A DNA stretch of 37,628 bases from Cyanobacteria bacterium P01_A01_bin.123 (GCA_039815185.1 JBCBZT010000062.1:1-37628); one strand, 5' to 3'. Counted from the stretch's first letter, positions 1-10,770 are shown. The notes: a model not told the origin generated them from the sequence alone. Numbers and translations are program-made.

Positions 1-800
1 ACATTCACCATGCCGTTATGTAGCCAATAGTTCGCCAACGGTTTACCTGTGGCGGCTTCAGACTGAGCAATTTCATTTTCGTGGTGGGGAAAGACCAGAT
101 CAGCACCGCCTGCGTGGATGTCAATGGTGTCTCCCAAGCGATCGCGCACCATTGCCGAACACTCAATGTGCCACCCCGGACGACCTTGCCCCCAAGGTGA
201 CTCCCATGCGGGTTCTTCAGGCTTGGCCCCCTTCCACAGGGCGAAATCGAAGGGGTCTTCTTTTTGGGGCGCATCGGGATCGTCATTGAGGCGACCGCTG
301 GCCCCCGCCTGCATATCCTCAAGTTTGCGCCCCGACAGCTTGCCATACTCAGAGAAGCGATGAACCCGGTAGTAAACATCTCCTTTGGAGGCATAAGCAA
401 ACTGCTTATGCTCTAGCTCGGCAATTAATCGTTTAATGCCATCCATCGTATGGGTGGCGCGGGGATAATCATCGGCTTCCATGACATTGAGCCGGGCCAT
501 ATCTTCAAAATAAGCTTGAATAAACCGCTCAGACACGGCCTCCATGGACGTACCTTCTGCCCGCGCCCGGTTCAAAATTTTGTCGTCGATATCGGTGAAG
601 TTTTGCACGTAGCACACATCATAGCCAGACCATTGCAAGTAGCGCCGCACCACGTCCCAAATGATGCAGGCCCGAGCATGGCCCAGGTGGCAGTAGTCGT
701 ACACCGTGACGCCGCAGTAATACATGTTCGCCTTTCCCGATTCGATCGGTTGAAAGATCTCTTTTTTACGCGTCATGGAGTTGTACAGGGTCAGCGTCAT
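1..800 (-). CDS. cysS: Cysteine--tRNA ligase, 5' portion (runs off the left edge)
   Basis: Manual translation from ATG at 800: [16 protein letters not shown]...[20 protein letters not shown] (HIGH-type motif); at the window edge YWLHNGMVN, which precedes KMSKS in CysRS. Absent from the ORF track because no stop lies in the window. Confidence 0.97.
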   Translation of the reverse strand, partial: MTLTLYNSMTRKKEIFQPIESGKANMYYCGVTVYDYCHLGHARACIIWDVVRRYLQWSGYDVCYVQNFTDIDDKILNRARAEGTSMEAVSERFIQAYFEDMARLNVMEADDYPRATHTMDGIKRLIAELEHKQFAYASKGDVYYRVHRFSEYGKLSGRKLEDMQAGASGRLNDDPDAPQKEDPFDFALWKGAKPEEPAWESPWGQGRPGWHIECSAMVRDRLGDTIDIHAGGADLVFPHHENEIAQSEAATGKPLANYWLHNGMVN

Positions 801-966
801 GGCTTTACGGCTGAACGATCAAGCTCCATTGTTGCAAATCACGGGTGACAAATCACTGAGTTTGGAAATGACTGCTAATCTTAAGTCTTCAGCAAGGTCT
901 CCCGCTGCCCTGGAATCAAATCGCTAAGATAGGAATCTATCGTGTTGTTTTCAAAAGCATAGGCGT

Positions 967-2133
967 ATGTCTTCGGTTGCCAGCCCCGTTTCTCCCCAAT
1001 CTACTGACGATACTAAGCACGGTTTGCCCGTTACCATCATCACAGGATTCCTCGGTAGCGGCAAAACCACCCTGCTCAACCACATTCTGTCGAACCAGGA
1101 AGGCTTAAAAACCGCTGTATTGGTGAACGAATTTGGTGAGATCGGCATTGACAACGATCTGCTGATTCAAACTGACAACAGCGATGACACGATGGTGGAA
1201 CTCAGCAACGGCTGTATTTGCTGCACCATCAATAATGACTTACTCGATGCCGTCTATAAAGTGCTTGAGCGCAAAGACAAAATTGACTATTTAGTTGTCG
1301 AAACCACGGGCCTAGCCGATCCATTGCCCATTGCCTTGACTTTCTTAGGGACTGAACTGCGGGATTTGACCCGGTTAGATTCTATTGTCACCATGGTTGA
1401 TGCAGAGAATTACAGCCTAGATTTGTTTAACTCTCAAGCGGCTTACAACCAGATTGCCTACGGTGACATCATTTTGCTCAACAAGTCGGATTTGGTAGAT
1501 AAAGCCGATCTCGATTTACTTGAAGTCAAGGTTCGTGAGGTTAAAGAAGGGGCTCGGATGTTGCGCACCAAGCATTCTCAAGTGCCGCTACCGTTGATTC
1601 TCAGCGTGGGGTTATTTGACTCGGATAAATATTTTGATGCTGGCAATGGCCATGAGCATGAGCATCATGACCACGAGCATCATGACCACGAGCATCATGA
1701 CCACGGGCATGATCATAGCCACGAGCACCACGACCACTCAAACTGCGATCACGATCACGGCCATAGTGAGCATGACCACGACCACGATCACCACCATCAT
1801 TCCAATCATCTAGAGGTGGATGGGTTTTCGTCGGTATCTTTCCAAAGCGATCGCCCCTTTGCCATCCGCAAGTTTCAATATTTCCTCGACAACCAGCTTC
1901 CCGAAAATGTCTTCCGGGCTAAAGGCATCCTTTGGTTTGATGAAAGCCCCAAACGCCATATCTTTCATCTCAGCGGCAAACGCTTTTCTTTAGACGACGA
2001 CGAATGGCAAGGGGATCCCAAAAACCAGGTGGTGTTTATCGGTCAAAACCTTGATCAAGACACGCTTAAAGCCCAGATCGAGAACTGCCTGGGGACATCA
2101 AAAGCCGAACACGGCAAGGGCTTTGGCAAATAA
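967..2133 (+). CDS. COG0523/CobW-family metallochaperone GTPase with His-rich insert
   Basis: GFLGSGKTT Walker A, NEFG, GCICC (CxCC), ETTGLADP, NKSD, a His/Asp/Glu-rich tract, and a CobW_C-like C-terminus (VFRAKG). Confidence 0.95.
   Translation: MSSVASPVSPQSTDDTKHGLPVTIITGFLGSGKTTLLNHILSNQEGLKTAVLVNEFGEIGIDNDLLIQTDNSDDTMVELSNGCICCTINNDLLDAVYKVLERKDKIDYLVVETTGLADPLPIALTFLGTELRDLTRLDSIVTMVDAENYSLDLFNSQAAYNQIAYGDIILLNKSDLVDKADLDLLEVKVREVKEGARMLRTKHSQVPLPLILSVGLFDSDKYFDAGNGHEHEHHDHEHHDHEHHDHGHDHSHEHHDHSNCDHDHGHSEHDHDHDHHHHSNHLEVDGFSSVSFQSDRPFAIRKFQYFLDNQLPENVFRAKGILWFDESPKRHIFHLSGKRFSLDDDEWQGDPKNQVVFIGQNLDQDTLKAQIENCLGTSKAEHGKGFGK
1660..1704 (+). repeat. Three perfect tandem copies of 15-bp GAGCATCATGACCAC (EHHDH) in the His-rich tract
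   Basis: Read directly at 1660-1674, 1675-1689 and 1690-1704. Confidence 0.95.
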
Positions 2134-2150
2134 GTTGAGTTGTCTCCGTT

Positions 2151-2630
2151 TTGGATAAGTCGGTTGCCCAATTTTGTCCAGATTGTCTCGCCTGCCAAAT
2201 CTTGAGTGGGCAACTTTCAACACCCGGTGGTACCATCGCCGAAAATGAGTGGTGGCTGGCCGATCACTGCCTTGGCCCCTATGGCGTGGGTAGCGTTGTG
2301 GTGAAAACTAAGGCGCATCGCGAAAATATCAGTGACCTGACTGCCAATGAATTGGCGGCGATGGGCTTTTTCTTGCAGCAAATTTCAACGGCAATGGAAC
2401 AAGCTTTAGGGGCGGAACGGATTTATATCAATTTATGGGTCGATGAAGCACCTCATCATGTTCATTTTGTCCTACAACCCCGCTATCCCGGCAAACAAGA
2501 ACTAGGCCTCAAAGGCATCGAGTTACAGGTTTTTCGAGCATTGGCTACCCCCCCCACTGCAGATCAGGCGGCGGCAGCAGCAGAAAAAATTCGCCGACAG
2601 CTCAATCTCTTGAAGGCAACCCAAGCATGA
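2151..2630 (+). CDS. HIT-family hydrolase-like protein
   Basis: N-terminal CxxC (CLAC), KAHRE, and [11 protein letters not shown] resembling the HIT motif; TTG start uncertain; stop overlaps the dtd start (ATGA). Confidence 0.8.
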   Translation: MDKSVAQFCPDCLACQILSGQLSTPGGTIAENEWWLADHCLGPYGVGSVVVKTKAHRENISDLTANELAAMGFFLQQISTAMEQALGAERIYINLWVDEAPHHVHFVLQPRYPGKQELGLKGIELQVFRALATPPTADQAAAAAEKIRRQLNLLKATQA

Positions 2631-3067
2631 AGGTTGTGATTCAACGGGTGAGTGCTTCCCAAGTCAGCGTCAATGGTGAAGTGATTGGCCAAATTGGACG
2701 GGGTTTAAACCTGCTGGTTGGCATCGCTGAGACGGATACCACAGCAGAACTGGATTGGATGGTGAAGAAATGCCTGGAGTTGCGAGTCTTTCCCAAGGAT
2801 GGTCAGGGACGGTTTGATTGTTCCGTGCAAGATATCCAGGGTGAACTCTTGGTCATTAGCCAATTTACGCTTTACGGAGACTGTCGCAAGGGGCGCCGTC
2901 CATCATTTGATCAAGCCGCTACGCCGCCCCAAGCAGAACAGCTATATGACCAGTTTGTCGCCAAACTCAAAGCCAGTGGTTTGAAGGTTGAAACCGGTAA
3001 ATTTGGGGCGATGATGCAGGTCGCGATCGCGAACGATGGCCCCGTTACGCTACTGCTAGAACGGTAA
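2627..3067 (+). CDS. dtd: D-aminoacyl-tRNA deacylase
   Basis: [21 protein letters not shown] and NDGPVT signature motifs. Confidence 0.97.
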   Translation: MKVVIQRVSASQVSVNGEVIGQIGRGLNLLVGIAETDTTAELDWMVKKCLELRVFPKDGQGRFDCSVQDIQGELLVISQFTLYGDCRKGRRPSFDQAATPPQAEQLYDQFVAKLKASGLKVETGKFGAMMQVAIANDGPVTLLLER

Positions 3068-3078
3068 GTCTTGTCCAA

Positions 3079-3123
3079 GTCCAGACCTGGCGTTTCCCTA
3101 CGGATAAAACGCCAGGTCTGGAC
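3079..3123. terminator. Perfect 17-bp inverted repeat after dtd (terminator or REP-like element)
   Basis: GTCCAGACCTGGCGTTT (3079-3095), 11-nt loop, AAACGCCAGGTCTGGAC (3107-3123). Confidence 0.65.
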
Positions 3124-3281
3124 CTAGATTTGGCTTAGCTTTTACATAAGCAACACTTATAAGCATTCGTATAAGCTTAAGTTTAGTCAATATTAAACCT
3201 TCCAATGAATTCCCCAATCCATTTATGGGCTTGCTATGGTTAAGACGAGTTTCTTAACATTTTGTAAGGTTGACTGGCCCT

Positions 3282-4091
3282 ATGACCCATAATGTGCAAT
3301 CGACGTCACCTAGAAACAAAGTTACTGTAGGCATTTCAAGGCGTTTGCCATTAACGCCGGGCTCTACAATTTTCTGTGACTTCGACGGGCCGTTGGTTGA
3401 TGTTTCTGATCGTTACTACAGTACCTATCAGCAGGCATTGACCGCCCTTGCAACTGACCACATAGCCCAAGGCCTCAGAATCCATCTCCGCAGATTGAGC
3501 AAGGTGGAATTTTGGCGGATGAAACAAAATCGAATGGGCGATCGCATGATTGCCCAATGGTCTGGCCTCGAGGGTCAACAAATTGATGCCTTTTTAGACC
3601 GGGTTCAACAGATCGTCAATCAACCGAGTTTGTTACACCAAGATTGTTTGCAGCCCCACGTGAAACAGGCTATTCAAGGGCTGAAAGTTCAGGGTGTTCG
3701 CATTGTGTTGGTCACATTACGTCAGCAAGATCAGGTGCTTGAAATTTTGCGAGCTCACCATTTAGATCATGCCATTAGTTGCGTTTATGGCGCGACTGAA
3801 CGCGATGCCGCCTATTGCAACCATGCTGACCATAAAACAGCGTTACTCCAAACTGCGATTTCAGCCCAGCAGTCAGACGGATTCATCACCCACAATGCTT
3901 GGATGATTGGCGATACCGAAGCAGATATCCTTGCTGGTCAGTCCTTGGGGATACCCACGTTGGCATTAACCTGCGGTATCCGTAGCGAAACTTACCTCAA
4001 ACGCTATGGGCCAACGGCCATTTGCCATGATTTGCGCTCCGCTGTTGATTTCTTGTTGCCAATCTGCCAACTTACGCTTCAGTTTGCATGA
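3282..4091 (+). CDS. HAD-family hydrolase (phosphatase-like)
   Basis: DFDGPL motif I, VTLR motif II, IGDTEAD motif IV; ATG 3282 preferred over TTG 3270. Confidence 0.9.
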   Translation: MTHNVQSTSPRNKVTVGISRRLPLTPGSTIFCDFDGPLVDVSDRYYSTYQQALTALATDHIAQGLRIHLRRLSKVEFWRMKQNRMGDRMIAQWSGLEGQQIDAFLDRVQQIVNQPSLLHQDCLQPHVKQAIQGLKVQGVRIVLVTLRQQDQVLEILRAHHLDHAISCVYGATERDAAYCNHADHKTALLQTAISAQQSDGFITHNAWMIGDTEADILAGQSLGIPTLALTCGIRSETYLKRYGPTAICHDLRSAVDFLLPICQLTLQFA

Positions 4092-4217
4092 CTATGATGT
4101 GACAGCCACTACTGAAGAGAATCAAATTGAAGTCAAATAAAAAAACACCATCACGCCTTAACGCTACAGTTCGTTAGAGTGTTTAGGGATAGGCTAGATC
4201 TCTAGGAGGATAGCGCC

Positions 4218-4640
4218 ATGTCCACAGCACCTCGATTAAAGATTGGTGAGGTCTCTAAGCAAACTGAGATCGCTGTGGGGGCACTGCGTTATTACGAAAG
4301 CTTGGGTTTGCTGCACTCTGAGCGCGGTGAGAATAGCTATCGTTACTATCCTAGGGAGGCAGTGCAGCAAGTCCAGTTCATCAAAAAGGCTCAAGCGCTA
4401 GGTTTCTCCTTAGAAGATATTGGTCAGGTGCTTAATATCCATCAGCAAGGGGACGTGCCCTGCGAGTTTGTAAAATCGCTGCTGCAGGAAAAGATTGAGC
4501 AGCTTGAAGCGCAGATTCAACAGATGATGGCATTCAAAGCCGACCTAGAACAATATCGTGACAGTTGGGGCGCGACCCCGCCTCACCCTCACCCTGGGGA
4601 AATTTGCCCACTGATCGACACCGTACCGTTGTCTCCATAG
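4218..4640 (+). CDS. MerR-family heavy-metal-responsive transcriptional regulator
   Basis: IGEVSK...LRYYESLGLL...YRYY...LGFSLEDI HTH; Cys in GDVPC and EICPLI; AGGAGG RBS upstream. Confidence 0.93.
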   Translation: MSTAPRLKIGEVSKQTEIAVGALRYYESLGLLHSERGENSYRYYPREAVQQVQFIKKAQALGFSLEDIGQVLNIHQQGDVPCEFVKSLLQEKIEQLEAQIQQMMAFKADLEQYRDSWGATPPHPHPGEICPLIDTVPLSP

Positions 4641-4821
4641 ACAGGCAGGCGGCAAATCATGCGGTATCTTCTATCTGCACCGCTGATCAAGGCCTTCCGA
4701 GCGTCATTAGCAACGCAATGCCTCAGCAATAGCGATCCCCTCGGGGCGATAATTTTTCAGGTTCTCCTGATCGGCTCCCCCCAGTCGAGAAGAAATAGGT
4801 GGTAGATGCACCCTGATTGAT

Positions 4822-4863
4822 AACCCCTGAGAGACCTGGAGGGATCTTGGGGGTTTTTCTTTT
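4822..4863 (+). terminator. Rho-independent terminator between merR and ddl
   Basis: AACCCCTGAGA (4822-4832) pairs with TCTTGGGGGTT (4845-4855), two G-U pairs, followed by TTTCTTTT. Confidence 0.7.
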
Positions 4864-4941
4864 GCCATCGACGTCTTTGGGTTGTGGTACGCTATCCGCA
4901 ATCAATTGCACAAATGACGAACGAATGGTGGGGAATCGGCA

Positions 4942-6081
4942 ATGGCTAAACTGCGAGTAGGACTTTTGTTCGGCGGTTGTTCGGGAGAGCATGAGGTCTC
5001 TATTCGCTCAGCTCAAGCGATCGCAAAGGCCCTAGCTAGCGGTGGGAACGTCGATAAATATGACATATTGCCCATTCACATTGACAAAGACGGTCAATGG
5101 TTAATGGGCAAAACAGCTCAGCAAGTCTTAGCCACTGGCAAACCGCTCCCTGCCATGGAGAGCGAGGCGGATCAGGCGGCAATGCCACTTGACAGAATCT
5201 CACCGACAGACGCTACTGACCGTGCATTGACGCCAACCGTCAATCCTTACCTCAGTCGATTGCCCGCCTTCAACCAAGCCGCTGGGGTTGATATTTGGTT
5301 TCCCATTCTGCATGGCCCCAACGGAGAAGACGGCACACTGCAAGGCTTACTCAAGCTCATGCAAATGCCCTTTGTGGGCTCTGGCGTATTGGGCTCAGCC
5401 TTGGGAATGGATAAGATCGCCATGAAAATGGCATTTGCCCAAGCGGGATTACCCCAGGTGAAATATGTGCCAGTGACCCGTGCCGAAATTTGGTCCAACC
5501 CCTGCGTGTTCCCAAAACTCTGCGATCGCATTGAGGCCGAACTGGGCTACCCTTGCTTTGTAAAACCTGCCAACCTAGGCTCATCGGTGGGGATTTCCAA
5601 GGTGCGATCGCGCAGCGAACTTGAAGCCGCCCTCGACAGCGCCGCTAGCTACGATCGCCGCATCATCGTAGAAGCTGCGGTTGAAGCCCGTGAAGTAGAA
5701 TGCGCCGTGCTCGGCAACGACACGCCTAAAGCCTCAGTCGTGGGTGAAATCGCCTTCAATAGCGACTTTTACGACTACGAAACCAAGTATTCCGAGGGGC
5801 TCGCCGATCTCCATATCCCAGCCAATCTGCCCAACCAGGTCACCGCTCAAATTCAAGATATGGCCGTCCAAGCCTTTCAAGCCGTGGATGCCGCCGGTAT
5901 TTCCCGAGTTGATTTCTTTTATGTGGAGAAAACAGGCGCAGTCTTAATCAACGAAATTAACACCATGCCTGGGTTTACCGCCACCAGCATGTACCCCATG
6001 CTCTGGGACGCCAGCGGGGTTTCCTTCCCAGACTTGGTTGATCGCTTGGTGCAGCTTGGATTAGAGCGGACAGCCGCTTAA
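4942..6081 (+). CDS. ddl: D-alanine--D-alanine ligase
   Basis: [47 protein letters not shown]. Confidence 0.97.
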   Translation: MAKLRVGLLFGGCSGEHEVSIRSAQAIAKALASGGNVDKYDILPIHIDKDGQWLMGKTAQQVLATGKPLPAMESEADQAAMPLDRISPTDATDRALTPTVNPYLSRLPAFNQAAGVDIWFPILHGPNGEDGTLQGLLKLMQMPFVGSGVLGSALGMDKIAMKMAFAQAGLPQVKYVPVTRAEIWSNPCVFPKLCDRIEAELGYPCFVKPANLGSSVGISKVRSRSELEAALDSAASYDRRIIVEAAVEAREVECAVLGNDTPKASVVGEIAFNSDFYDYETKYSEGLADLHIPANLPNQVTAQIQDMAVQAFQAVDAAGISRVDFFYVEKTGAVLINEINTMPGFTATSMYPMLWDASGVSFPDLVDRLVQLGLERTAA

Positions 6082-7808
6082 GACATCTCAAACTGCTGGG
6101 CATAAAAATGGGCATACCGCTCACCTTGAGCGAGCAGTTCCGTGTGGGTACCTGACTCAATCAGTTGCCCCTGTTCCATCACGACAATGCGATCGGCGCG
6201 GCGAACGGTGGCGAGGCGGTGGGCAATGATAAATACGGTGCGATCTTGCATCAGCCGTTCTAAGGCTTCTTGCACCAGGGCTTCAGATTCAGAATCGAGG
6301 GCTGAGGTAGCCTCGTCTAGAATCAAAATCTTGGGATCGAGCAGAACAGCGCGGGCGATCGCCACCCGTTGACGCTGCCCCCCGGATAGGTTGACGCCCC
6401 GCTCTCCCACCCAGGTGTGATAACCCTGGGAAAACTGACTGATGAAGTCGTGGGCGTTAGCAATTTTGGCTGCGTGCTGTACCCCCTCTAAATCAAATTT
6501 GGATTGCCCAAAGGCAATATTTTGCGCGATCGTACCCGAAAACAAGACGCTGTCTTGGGGCACGATGCCGATTTGCCGTCGCAAGCTTTGCAATGTCACG
6601 TCGCGAATGTCATGGCCATCAACCAAAATCTGCCCAGCCTGGGGATCATAAAAACGAGGTAGCAGGTTAACTAGCGTCGTTTTACCCGCCCCAGATGCCC
6701 CCACTAGCGCTGTAGCTTCCCCTGGCATAACCCGTAAATTCAGGTCTCTGATTACAGGGGTGTCGGATTTGTAGCGAAAGCTGACCCCGCGATATTCCAC
6801 CTTGCCCGCTATCGGGGGCAACACCTTGGCCGTTGCCGATTCGCGCACCGCCGGTTCTACCTCAAACAGTTCAAAAATGCGATCGACTGAGGCTTCCCCC
6901 TGCTTGAGTTGACCATAGTTGTCAATCAAATGGGTGACTGGATCGATCAGCATTAGGGCCGCAGCCACATAGCTGCCCAGTTGCTCTCCCGTGAGGTTCC
7001 CTGAGGCAATTTGCCAACTGCCCGTGAGAAACAGCAAAATCACCACCAAGGCATATAAAAAACCCACCACCGGATATTGCACCGCCTTGAGCCATTCTGC
7101 AGCGTATTTGGCTTGGCGGTTGCGATCGGCTTCTTCACTAAAGCAGTCAATCGCATATTGTTCAGCGGCAAACGCTCGAATTAAACGAATACCGCTAAAA
7201 GTCTCGGTCAGTTGGGAAGAAAGATCGGACACCAGATTTTGGCTGCGGCGAGAAAAGTGCAGCATCCGGTTGCCAAACCAGCCGCCCAAAAACGCTAGCA
7301 GGGGTACTAGAGTCAGGGCAACTAGGGTGAGTTGCCAGTTGAGATAGAGCATGTAGCCCAGCACCACCACCAGTTGCAGCACACAGGGCAACAGGTCGTG
7401 AAAAAGACGGTTAACCACCTCGCCAATGCGATCAATGTCTTCGGTTAGGCGATAGGCGAGATCCCCTGTTTTGGCTTGCTCGAAGTAGGCCAGGCTGAGG
7501 CTTTGCAAATGGGCATAAACCTGCTTGCGCAGGGTAAATGCGATATTCAGGGCAGCCTTGGCCATGAGAGCATCTTGCCCATACTGCCCCACTTTATGAA
7601 TCAGGAAACCACCCACGGTAACAGCTGCCACCTGGGCCAGAGCCACCACCTCCCCCTGAACCAGCAAAGACAGCATTTTGCCAGTCAACCAAGCCAGGAT
7701 GGGCCAGAAAGCTGTGAAAATCAGCGTACAAAAAAAGGCTTGGACGATAATGCGCCATTGCTGTTTTACATAGGGCGCTAAGCGCCAGTAGTTAGATCGG
7801 TTTTTCAA
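6078..7808 (-). CDS. ABC exporter, fused permease/ATPase (MsbA-like)
   Basis: N-terminal TM helices, [34 protein letters not shown] 7808 is a more plausible start than 7934. Confidence 0.92.
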   Translation of the reverse strand: MKNRSNYWRLAPYVKQQWRIIVQAFFCTLIFTAFWPILAWLTGKMLSLLVQGEVVALAQVAAVTVGGFLIHKVGQYGQDALMAKAALNIAFTLRKQVYAHLQSLSLAYFEQAKTGDLAYRLTEDIDRIGEVVNRLFHDLLPCVLQLVVVLGYMLYLNWQLTLVALTLVPLLAFLGGWFGNRMLHFSRRSQNLVSDLSSQLTETFSGIRLIRAFAAEQYAIDCFSEEADRNRQAKYAAEWLKAVQYPVVGFLYALVVILLFLTGSWQIASGNLTGEQLGSYVAAALMLIDPVTHLIDNYGQLKQGEASVDRIFELFEVEPAVRESATAKVLPPIAGKVEYRGVSFRYKSDTPVIRDLNLRVMPGEATALVGASGAGKTTLVNLLPRFYDPQAGQILVDGHDIRDVTLQSLRRQIGIVPQDSVLFSGTIAQNIAFGQSKFDLEGVQHAAKIANAHDFISQFSQGYHTWVGERGVNLSGGQRQRVAIARAVLLDPKILILDEATSALDSESEALVQEALERLMQDRTVFIIAHRLATVRRADRIVVMEQGQLIESGTHTELLAQGERYAHFYAQQFEMS

Positions 7809-7971
7809 GGGTTGGGCCGAAAGAAAGTGGTTAACCTGGACGACAGCTAGCTCTAGGATTTTCCGGATGGGGATGCAAAGCCCTGCGTTCCTGAGCAAGT
7901 TTTCAAGTTGATAGGGTTTAGCAGGTATTCCCACACGCTATCAGCTTAAGTAACTTTGCTGCTAGAGATTA

Positions 7972-8093
7972 GGGCGTGTCATCAATAAACGCGAAAAGCT
8001 TTATGGCTGAGCCTTGCCACGCCCGACCCAACTCAATAAGGGTCTGTAACCGTTGTTCTAAAACCAATAGACAAGCTAATTGTTGACAGCCTC
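7972..8093. mobile_element. MITE copy 1 (~122 bp, TA-flanked)
   Basis: Ends GGGCGTGTCATCAATAA ... TAATTGTTGACAGCCTC are imperfect inverted repeats; TA at 7970-71 and 8094-95; homologous to 34183-34307. Confidence 0.8.
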
Positions 8094-8231
8094 TAAAAGG
8101 CTCTGAATTTGGCAGCCGAAATGGGGTGTGTCAAAATGGCGATCGCGCATTTTCCCGCTGACTGTTTCCATCTGGTTGCATCTCCCCCCTGTTCTTTCCG
8201 CGCCCATCTATTCGCAGTTAAGGAGACATTG

Positions 8232-8807
8232 ATGACGATCGTGATTGTGGCCACAGGTAACCCTGGCAAACTCAAAGAAATGCAAGGCTATTTAACGGCT
8301 TTAGACTGGGAACTCAGACTCAAACCTGAAACGATTGAGGTGAATGAAACCGGGCAGACCTTCATCGAAAATGCCCGTCTCAAAGCCTCTGAAGTCGCCG
8401 TGGCAACGGGAGAATGGGCGATCGCTGATGACTCTGGCCTCCAGGTAAATGCTCTAGACGGTGCGCCAGGGATTTATTCTGCGCGCTATGGCAACTCCGA
8501 TCGCGATCGCATCGACCGCTTGCTAAGGGAGTTGGCAAACAAAACCGAACGTCAAGCCCAGTTTGTCTGTGCCCTTGCGATCGCCCGCCCCGACGGCACC
8601 ATAGCTGCCGAGACAGAAGGACATTGCCCGGGGGAAATCCTGATTGCCCCCCGAGGCGAAGGGGGCTTCGGCTATGACCCGCTCTTTTATGTACCGTCTC
8701 AAAGTAAGACTTTTGCTGAAATGTCCCCTAGCGAAAAAGACCGCCATAGCCATCGTGGGGTTGCTTTCCAGCAGATTATGCCGCAGTTAGAGGGGCTAGG
8801 GATTTGA
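8232..8807 (+). CDS. rdgB: Non-canonical purine NTP pyrophosphatase (RdgB/Ham1)
   Basis: ATGNPGKLKE, ADDSGL, APGIYSARY, GFGYDPLF, SHRG; AGGAGA RBS before ATG 8232. Confidence 0.96.
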   Translation: MTIVIVATGNPGKLKEMQGYLTALDWELRLKPETIEVNETGQTFIENARLKASEVAVATGEWAIADDSGLQVNALDGAPGIYSARYGNSDRDRIDRLLRELANKTERQAQFVCALAIARPDGTIAAETEGHCPGEILIAPRGEGGFGYDPLFYVPSQSKTFAEMSPSEKDRHSHRGVAFQQIMPQLEGLGI

Positions 8808-8929
8808 GGGAGGATAAGTATCTGGGGGAAGGAGATAACAGTGCGTGTTGGACATGCCCACTTAACCATCAACGATTAGCCATTACCAAAATCCAACGCT
8901 TATCTCCCCTCCTCTCTCCTCCCGCAAAC

Positions 8930-9286
<357 letters not shown>

Positions 9287-9350
9287 CTATATCCTGCCGA
9301 TGGGTTATCCGGCAGCCTTATGTTTAACTCAGGCAGAGGGGGGGTGCACA

Positions 9351-9364
9351 GTATCGCAAGATAC
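9351..9364. promoter_or_regulatory. NtcA-binding site upstream of glnB
   Basis: GTA-TCGCAAGA-TAC matches GTA-N8-TAC exactly, 82 bp upstream of the glnB start; glnB is an established NtcA target in cyanobacteria. Confidence 0.8.
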
Positions 9365-9393
9365 TTTTTCCCAACCTGAGTTACATTGTGACA

Positions 9394-10017
9394 TTAGCGA
9401 TTGTTCATTAGCGGCTTCATAATCAAAAAGCCCGCGCCAAATGCTGTTGACACAATTACCACAATCGAAAGCACTAACCAAAGGGTGCTGAAATCCCGCT
9501 GCCCCGCCTTCTTGGATTGAAGCGATCGCTGGAGAGCCATCGGCTGCTCTGTATAAAGCGACTCACGCATTTTGGGAAACCCGCCCAGCGGGGCAGGGTT
9601 AGATGGCCCGCCAAAATCGTCTAGTTCTTTGGGTGGCTGTGCTTTTGCTGCCGCAGAGGGTTTAGGGGATGATTTCGGGGCAACGCGTTTGGGTTCGGGC
9701 GGGCTAGGCTTTGGCATCACAGCCCCGTTTTCTGATTGGCGGATAGGCTGACTTGAAGCCTGGGGCATGCCAGCCATATGCCCCAACTGCATTGAGAAGT
9801 GGACAAAGTGTTGAATTTCTTGGCGCAACTGATGATTTTGTTGCATCAGTTGGTCATTCCGCATTTTCAAGGCATCTACGGTTGCCTTTGTCGATTGAAG
9901 CTCTGCCGCGAGTTCTCGATAAACTGAGATCGGCACAGAGGGCGTCTGGCGATTGGGCATGGCAGCAACTTTACCTGGCGCGGAAGAAGGGAAGTCAGAC
10001 TGTAAAGGCGGGTTCAT
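9394..10017 (-). CDS. Hypothetical protein: coiled coil, Pro-rich linker, C-terminal TM anchor
   Basis: PSVPISVYRELAAELQ heptads, then a low-complexity linker, then LWLVLSIVVIVSTAFGAGFLIM; start may be 10041, 10017 or further downstream. Confidence 0.8.
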   Translation of the reverse strand: MNPPLQSDFPSSAPGKVAAMPNRQTPSVPISVYRELAAELQSTKATVDALKMRNDQLMQQNHQLRQEIQHFVHFSMQLGHMAGMPQASSQPIRQSENGAVMPKPSPPEPKRVAPKSSPKPSAAAKAQPPKELDDFGGPSNPAPLGGFPKMRESLYTEQPMALQRSLQSKKAGQRDFSTLWLVLSIVVIVSTAFGAGFLIMKPLMNNR

Positions 10018-10273
10018 AGAAAGGGCTAATAGGGGATTCAAGATAGGACGCAGCGAAGCGCCGTAGCCGTGGGTTGGAGGAAGTCGTTCAAATTAGAGCA
10101 ACTAAACGATGATTCGTCAAGTAAAACCCCATCCGATTTAGAAACTGGAGCGTTGAGGTCACAAAAAACGTGGATTATGACTTGACCAGAGTTTGCTTAG
10201 CATTAGCCTGCCAAGTAAATAATATAGAGAGTAGCGATCTAGCCCCTTGTTTTTGATTAAGTTCAAGAAAATT

Positions 10274-10723
10274 ATGATCAACGAACCCATGATTAGCGAA
10301 AGTGTCACCAGCGACCCTCCTGTTCAAGCCGAGCCCAATCCCCCTGAAACCCTCAAGTATGGAGAACGGAAAATTCAGTCAGGAGAGCTGATTACCTTTC
10401 CCAATCCTCGGTTGGGGCGACGCTACACCATCACTGTAACGCTGCCTGAATTTACCTGTAAGTGCCCTTTTTCAGGGTATCCCGACTTTGCCACGATTCA
10501 CATTGCCTACGTCCCCAACGAGCGGGTGGTTGAACTCAAGGCATTAAAGCTGTACATCAACAGCTACCGCGATCGCTACATTTCCCACGAAGAATCAGTC
10601 AATCAGATTGTGGATGATATGGTTGCAGCTTGTGATCCGCTCGATATGACGGTTAAGGGAGACTTTTCACCCCGGGGTAACGTGCACACGGTGATAGAGG
10701 TTCGTCACCAAAAACCAGAATGA
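10274..10723 (+). CDS. queF: preQ0 (7-cyano-7-deazaguanine) reductase
   Basis: PEFTCKCPFSGYPDFA, VELKALKLY, HEE, PRGN; start 10274 or 10289. Confidence 0.96.
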   Translation: MINEPMISESVTSDPPVQAEPNPPETLKYGERKIQSGELITFPNPRLGRRYTITVTLPEFTCKCPFSGYPDFATIHIAYVPNERVVELKALKLYINSYRDRYISHEESVNQIVDDMVAACDPLDMTVKGDFSPRGNVHTVIEVRHQKPE

Positions 10724-10770
10724 TCAGAAGGGGAGAAGTCACAAGAGAAATCAATCAACGGGCTCTACCC

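Noticed and set aside
5..848. ORFs 5..400(-), 118..363(+) and 450..848(+)
   Set aside because: Off-frame or antisense shadows of cysS, which occupies 1-800 on the minus strand
928..941. GATAG-GAAT-CTATC as a Zur box upstream of COG0523
   Set aside because: Spacing and sequence differ from TGATAATNATTATCA, and it overlaps a likely -10 element; too weak to call
7809..8231. Long N-terminal extensions of the ABC exporter (7934) and rdgB (8109)
   Set aside because: The extensions are not family-like; better starts lie at 7808 and 8232, the latter with an RBS
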